A stretch of DNA of 64,000 nucleotides, taken from Eledone cirrhosa. Its lineage: Eukaryota. Below the pieces are notes generated by a model, which saw only the letters and a program-made list of their open reading frames with translations, was not told the DNA's origin and ran no database searches. A program made the position numbers and the translations under genes. Shown in pieces: positions 59,901 through 64,000 of the stretch; within the stretch, counting starts at the first letter, position 1, and the number at the start of each line of letters is the position of its first letter. The DNA lies in NCBI GenBank assembly GCA_964016885.1, contig OZ024744.1:53940001-54004000 (forward strand). The letters are read 5' to 3'.

Positions 59901-60845
59901 TGCAAAGAAAGAACTGCTACAGAAACTGGCTAAGAAATGGCAAGAAAAGCCTCTGTATGGAAAATACCCAGAGCGAGCTAACAATCCTGATGTTGACAAA
60001 ACTTTAACCCATCAGTGGTTGGCATCCTCTGAACTGAAATCGGAGACTGAAGGACTGATTATATCGGCACAAGATCAGTGTCTGCCAACAAAAAATTACC
60101 AAGCCAACATAATAAAAAATGGGTGCAGCCCATTATGCCGTGTATGCAAAAAACAACCAGAGACCATTGACCATATAATTTCAATGTGCAGTCCTATAGC
60201 TCCAACCGAATACCTAAACAGGCATGACAGAGCTGCACAATACATACATTGGATAATGTGTAAGCATTTTGACCTGCCCCATCAAAAGAATTGGTGGGAG
60301 CATCAACCACCTCCCATACTTGAAAAAGATCACATCTCAATCTTGTGGAACTTTAGCATCCAAACAGACCGAAAAATAAATGCAAACAGACCTGATATAA
60401 TATTGAAAGACTTTCAAAAGAGGGTATGCCTGCTAATTGATATGTCTGTTCCAATAGACAAGAATGTATCTATAAAATCATTTGAAAAATTGAGCAAGTA
60501 TAAGGACCTGGAGATAGAAATTGGAAAAATGTGGAAATTGAGAACTAAAACAATACCAGTGGTTGTAGGCGCTCTGGGAATGATACCTAAGGGGTCTAAT
60601 GATTACATATCGCAAATCCCAGGAAACCCGCGTATAGGAGAAATACAAAAGATAGTATTAATGGGAACTGCCCATATACTAAGGAAGATTCTGTCAATAT
60701 AAGTACATCACAAGTCTAAACACTAAAGATGCATGTGTGAATATGTATGTTCTTTCTTGAACATGGCGGACCTTGTTGTCTCTTGAGGTCACTGGTTGTG
60801 ACTTGGTGATAACTCGTATGAACATAAAGCAAGATAAATGCAACT
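56901..60845 (+). mobile_element. R4/Dong-clade element, family D1, full length
   Basis: Single long frame with RT, CCHC and RLE; 3' UTR near-identical to 1117-1256; (TAA)n tail at 60854-60890. Confidence 0.9.
57052..60702 (+). pseudogene. Dong ORF (~1216 codons; RT, CCHC and RLE endonuclease) with three in-frame stops
   Basis: ORFs starting 57052, 58066, 59332 and 59695 share one frame. WKSPGKD, NYRPITCL, QGDSLSP, YMDD, YKYLG, CRVC..ETIDHIISMC, RHD, RPD, KLSKY. Confidence 0.9.
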
Positions 60846-60851
60846 GTAATT

Positions 60852-60892
<41 letters not shown>

Positions 60893-60893
60893 G

Positions 60894-61740
60894 CGCTCCC
60901 GTAAGTTTTGAATTTTTAACATATTTAAATCATTTGTGAAATAACAACTCTTAGTACAAATGCTACGTAAAGCACCCGGCTTGAGCCCCCAAAAATTCGG
61001 ACCCAAAATATATTGTTATAAGGCTCAAATATTCAAATATTCAACTTTGTATTGTACACTGTATATCCCAAAAAAAAAAAAAAAAATGGCTATAAATGGA
61101 AGAAGAAGAACCCCCCCCCCTCCTCTCCTCTGGCTACACTATATAGGACAGCTAAACTCACCAACACCAGAAACTAGATACACCACCCACCCCATCATCT
61201 GTGTACACTAAACACAACAGCATTTTCACCTTCACCGCCACCGCTCACTACGGCCATCATTACCACCACTATCCCATCACCGCCGCCACCACCCCTTGAC
61301 TCCTTCACTGCTGCTGCCACCGCTACAGCACCATCACTACAGTAATACGGCTGAAATATTCAAATATTCAACTTTGTATTGTACACTGTATATCCAAAAA
61401 AAATAAAATGGCTATAAATGGAAGAAGAAGAACCCCCCCCCTCCTCTCCTCTGGCTACACTATATAGGACAGCTAAACTCACCAACACCAGAAACTAGAT
61501 ACACCACCCACCCCATCATCTGTGTACACTAAACACAACAGCATTTTCACCTTCACCGCCACCGCTCACTACGGCCATCATTACCACCACTATCCCATCA
61601 CCGCCGCCACCACCCCTTGACTCCTTCACTGCTGCTGCCACCGCTACAGCACCATCACTACAGTAATACGGTCGCATCACCGCCACCACTGCCTCGGTAT
61701 CGACATCACCACCACCACTGTCTCAGTATCGCCAACGCCG
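60894..61740 (+). repeat. Repeat X copy 2 with an internal ~325-bp tandem duplication
   Basis: 61027-61350 is repeated at 61354-61671. Confidence 0.7.
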
Positions 61741-61869
61741 CCAGTCTCTGCTGGCTGCCACTTCCACATTATAGAATTCCTACTACTAACAAAGAGGAAG
61801 GCATCAAAATATATAGATAGACTCAAAAGAAAAAAGAAAAAACAAACAACAAAACCAAAGCAGCACAGC

Positions 61870-61916
<47 letters not shown>

Positions 61917-62272
61917 CAAATAGAGAAAAACAAAAACAAAAAAAGAAACCCCAAAAACGTAAAGAAAATAAGAATGAAGAGAGAAGCAGGCGGACGGACA
62001 GAGAAGAGGGGGGAAAAAGTAAAACTTAAAAAACAAAAACTAAGTCAGACATTCGAATACTACATTACAATGAAACTTATGCTTATTCATTTTTGGGGCC
62101 CTTTCTGCCCGTGTGTTTGTTTGTTTATGTGTGTCCGTATACAGCGTGGTGATAATGCCACACAAGGGCCAAGTGGGATGGCGGATCCACAGATGGCTAT
62201 GTAAACATACGTTCGCCAATCCTCGATAAGAGTGTTTAAATATCGAACATAAACAGTTCGAATAACGGTGAA

Positions 62273-64000
62273 ATGGAGACTAGAACGTCATGTGACAGAC
62301 TCTCACCCAACAGGTGCCCCCTGGCTCAGCAGCAGGAACCTGACTATCAACCAAATACTGCTGATGTTGGAGGAAGAAGAAGAAGGAAAGGGGTCAGAAC
62401 CAACTGGACGAAAGAATTGAATAGAACTGTTATGCAATGCTACCTGAAAAGTAACCCCAAGGAGAGGGGGTACAGGAGACGGATGCATAACATCTGGAAC
62501 GAGATTGGTTTATTTAAATTAGATGAACAAAAATTGGCCGGGCAGGCTCGGGTAATAAGAACTAATGGGTGGATAAGCGAGCTGGAACTGGAGGAACTGA
62601 GCAGAGAGAATGGCTTGGAGATGGCGGGTGTAGTATGCCAGACAAGCGAGCCGGCGGGAAATGAAGGTGAGGAGGTCCTGAGAACGGAGGAACCACCCGA
62701 AGCAGACAATGATCTGAATACTGAGATAAATAATACCTGGAACAGAGATACGGCCACTGAGGAGATGAATGCTGACGGGCTAGGACAAGATTCGGTTGAC
62801 ATCCTAAATTTAGTGGTAGATGAGTTGAACAATGATAGTGGGAGACCTATGAACCTAAGATTTGTAGACAGGAAAAAGTTAAAAGAAACAACAGCTAAGG
62901 TAAACAAAGTCATCCCATACCTTGAGGCGAGGAGTCTTCACCAGTGCAACAATATCCTCAAAGCAACAGCAAATACGGTGAGGAAACTACTTGGTATAAA
63001 AGCGAGAGGAAACAACAGACAAGAAAGAGCAGAGCCGTGGTGGAAGAAGCGACTGAGTGGGCAAATCGGGGAAATGAGAAATGACATAGGAAAGCTTGAG
63101 TCACTGCTGAATGGGACACTAAAAAACATAGGCACTAAAAATAGACTGGAAATAAAATACAAAACTAGGAGTAAAAAGCTAAATATTATCATAGAGGAAT
63201 TGAAGCAACGCATTGTAGCAAAGAGTGCCAAAATCAGGCGATACGAGAACAGAGTCAGTCAGTATAAACAGAACCGCATGTTCGACAACAACCAGAAGAT
63301 GCTGTTTGGACAGCTTGAGGGGAAAGAAAGAGGCAACGACTTGATCCCTGGGGCGGAACAAGCTAAAACATTCTGGAGAGGAATATGGGAGCAGGATGTT
63401 AGACACAATGCCCAGGCAGGGTGGATTGAGACAGTACAGAGGGAGATCGGTGAGCAGGCACAACAACAGACTGATTTGAGTATCACAGTTGAAACTCTTA
63501 AGGGGCAAGCCAAAAAACTAACCAACTGGAAATCACCAGGCCCAGATGGTGTGCAGGGGTATTGGATTAAACATCTAACATCCCTCCACCCGAAGCTGAC
63601 GGCCATGTTCAATGACTGCTTGGTGTCGGGTGAGGTGCCAGAGTGGTTGACAAAAGGTACCACAGTTCTGATAATGAAAGACCGAAGCAAGGGTAATGAT
63701 GTTACCAACTATAGACCTATCACATGTCTGCCCGTAATGTGGAAACTGTTGACGAGCATTGTGTCTGAGGAAATCTACCATCACCTCCACACAAACAACT
63801 TGTTACCGGACGAACAGAAAGGATGCCGAAAGAAGTCACGTGGTACAAAGGACCAGTTGCTTATTGATAAGATGGTAATGGGGAATTGCAGGAGGAGACA
63901 CACTGATCTTGCCATGGGATGGATAGACTACAGAAAGGCATTTGACATGGTGCCTCATTCCTGGATCACCAAAAGCCTGGAGATCTTCAGGGTGGCAGAT
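62273..64000 (+). CDS. R4/Dong-clade element family D2, N-terminal domain and RT; frame apparently open to the window end
   Basis: ATG 62273 (METRTSCD..) is in frame with NWTKELN..CYL and NWKSPGPDG; NYRPITCL, EQKGC, KDQLLID and WIDYRKAFD follow. It is absent from the ORF track, consistent with no stop inside the window. Confidence 0.85.
   Translation, partial: METRTSCDRLSPNRCPLAQQQEPDYQPNTADVGGRRRRKGVRTNWTKELNRTVMQCYLKSNPKERGYRRRMHNIWNEIGLFKLDEQKLAGQARVIRTNGWISELELEELSRENGLEMAGVVCQTSEPAGNEGEEVLRTEEPPEADNDLNTEINNTWNRDTATEEMNADGLGQDSVDILNLVVDELNNDSGRPMNLRFVDRKKLKETTAKVNKVIPYLEARSLHQCNNILKATANTVRKLLGIKARGNNRQERAEPWWKKRLSGQIGEMRNDIGKLESLLNGTLKNIGTKNRLEIKYKTRSKKLNIIIEELKQRIVAKSAKIRRYENRVSQYKQNRMFDNNQKMLFGQLEGKERGNDLIPGAEQAKTFWRGIWEQDVRHNAQAGWIETVQREIGEQAQQQTDLSITVETLKGQAKKLTNWKSPGPDGVQGYWIKHLTSLHPKLTAMFNDCLVSGEVPEWLTKGTTVLIMKDRSKGNDVTNYRPITCLPVMWKLLTSIVSEEIYHHLHTNNLLPDEQKGCRKKSRGTKDQLLIDKMVMGNCRRRHTDLAMGWIDYRKAFDMVPHSWITKSLEIFRVAD

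Noticed and set aside
57052-60702. Stop read-through or an alternative genetic code in the Dong ORF
   Set aside because: Three different stop codons are involved and the sibling copy has TAT at one of them, so ordinary nonsense mutations suffice.

Overview
Eukaryotic (animal) repeat-dense DNA. The SINE type and AT-rich microsatellites suggest a mollusc or cephalopod, but this is inference only. No host gene, rRNA, tRNA or CRISPR array is recognisable. About 45 kb consists of eight Tx1/L1-clade non-LTR retrotransposons (ORF1 with a CCHC knuckle; ORF2 with APE endonuclease, RT and CCHC). They belong to at least three families, all lie on the minus strand, are mostly head-to-tail and are separated by (AAT)n tracts. 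R4/Dong-clade RLE-type elements bracket the array on the plus strand (1-1256, 56901-60845, 62060-end). The window also holds an RTE-clade element with an uninterrupted 1181-codon frame, RTE-derived non-autonomous elements in (TACA)n, a 2.5-kb Helitron nested in a Tx1 3' UTR, and tRNA-derived SINEs whose tails resemble the Tx1 3' end. The most notable signal is a canonical 5' splice donor at the end of ORF1 in every Tx1 copy that retains the region. Several copies also have a candidate acceptor in the 3' UTR, and one chimeric element has its ORF1/ORF2 junction exactly on such a donor. A conserved 5'-UTR hairpin and ORF1/5'-UTR swapping between families are also visible.
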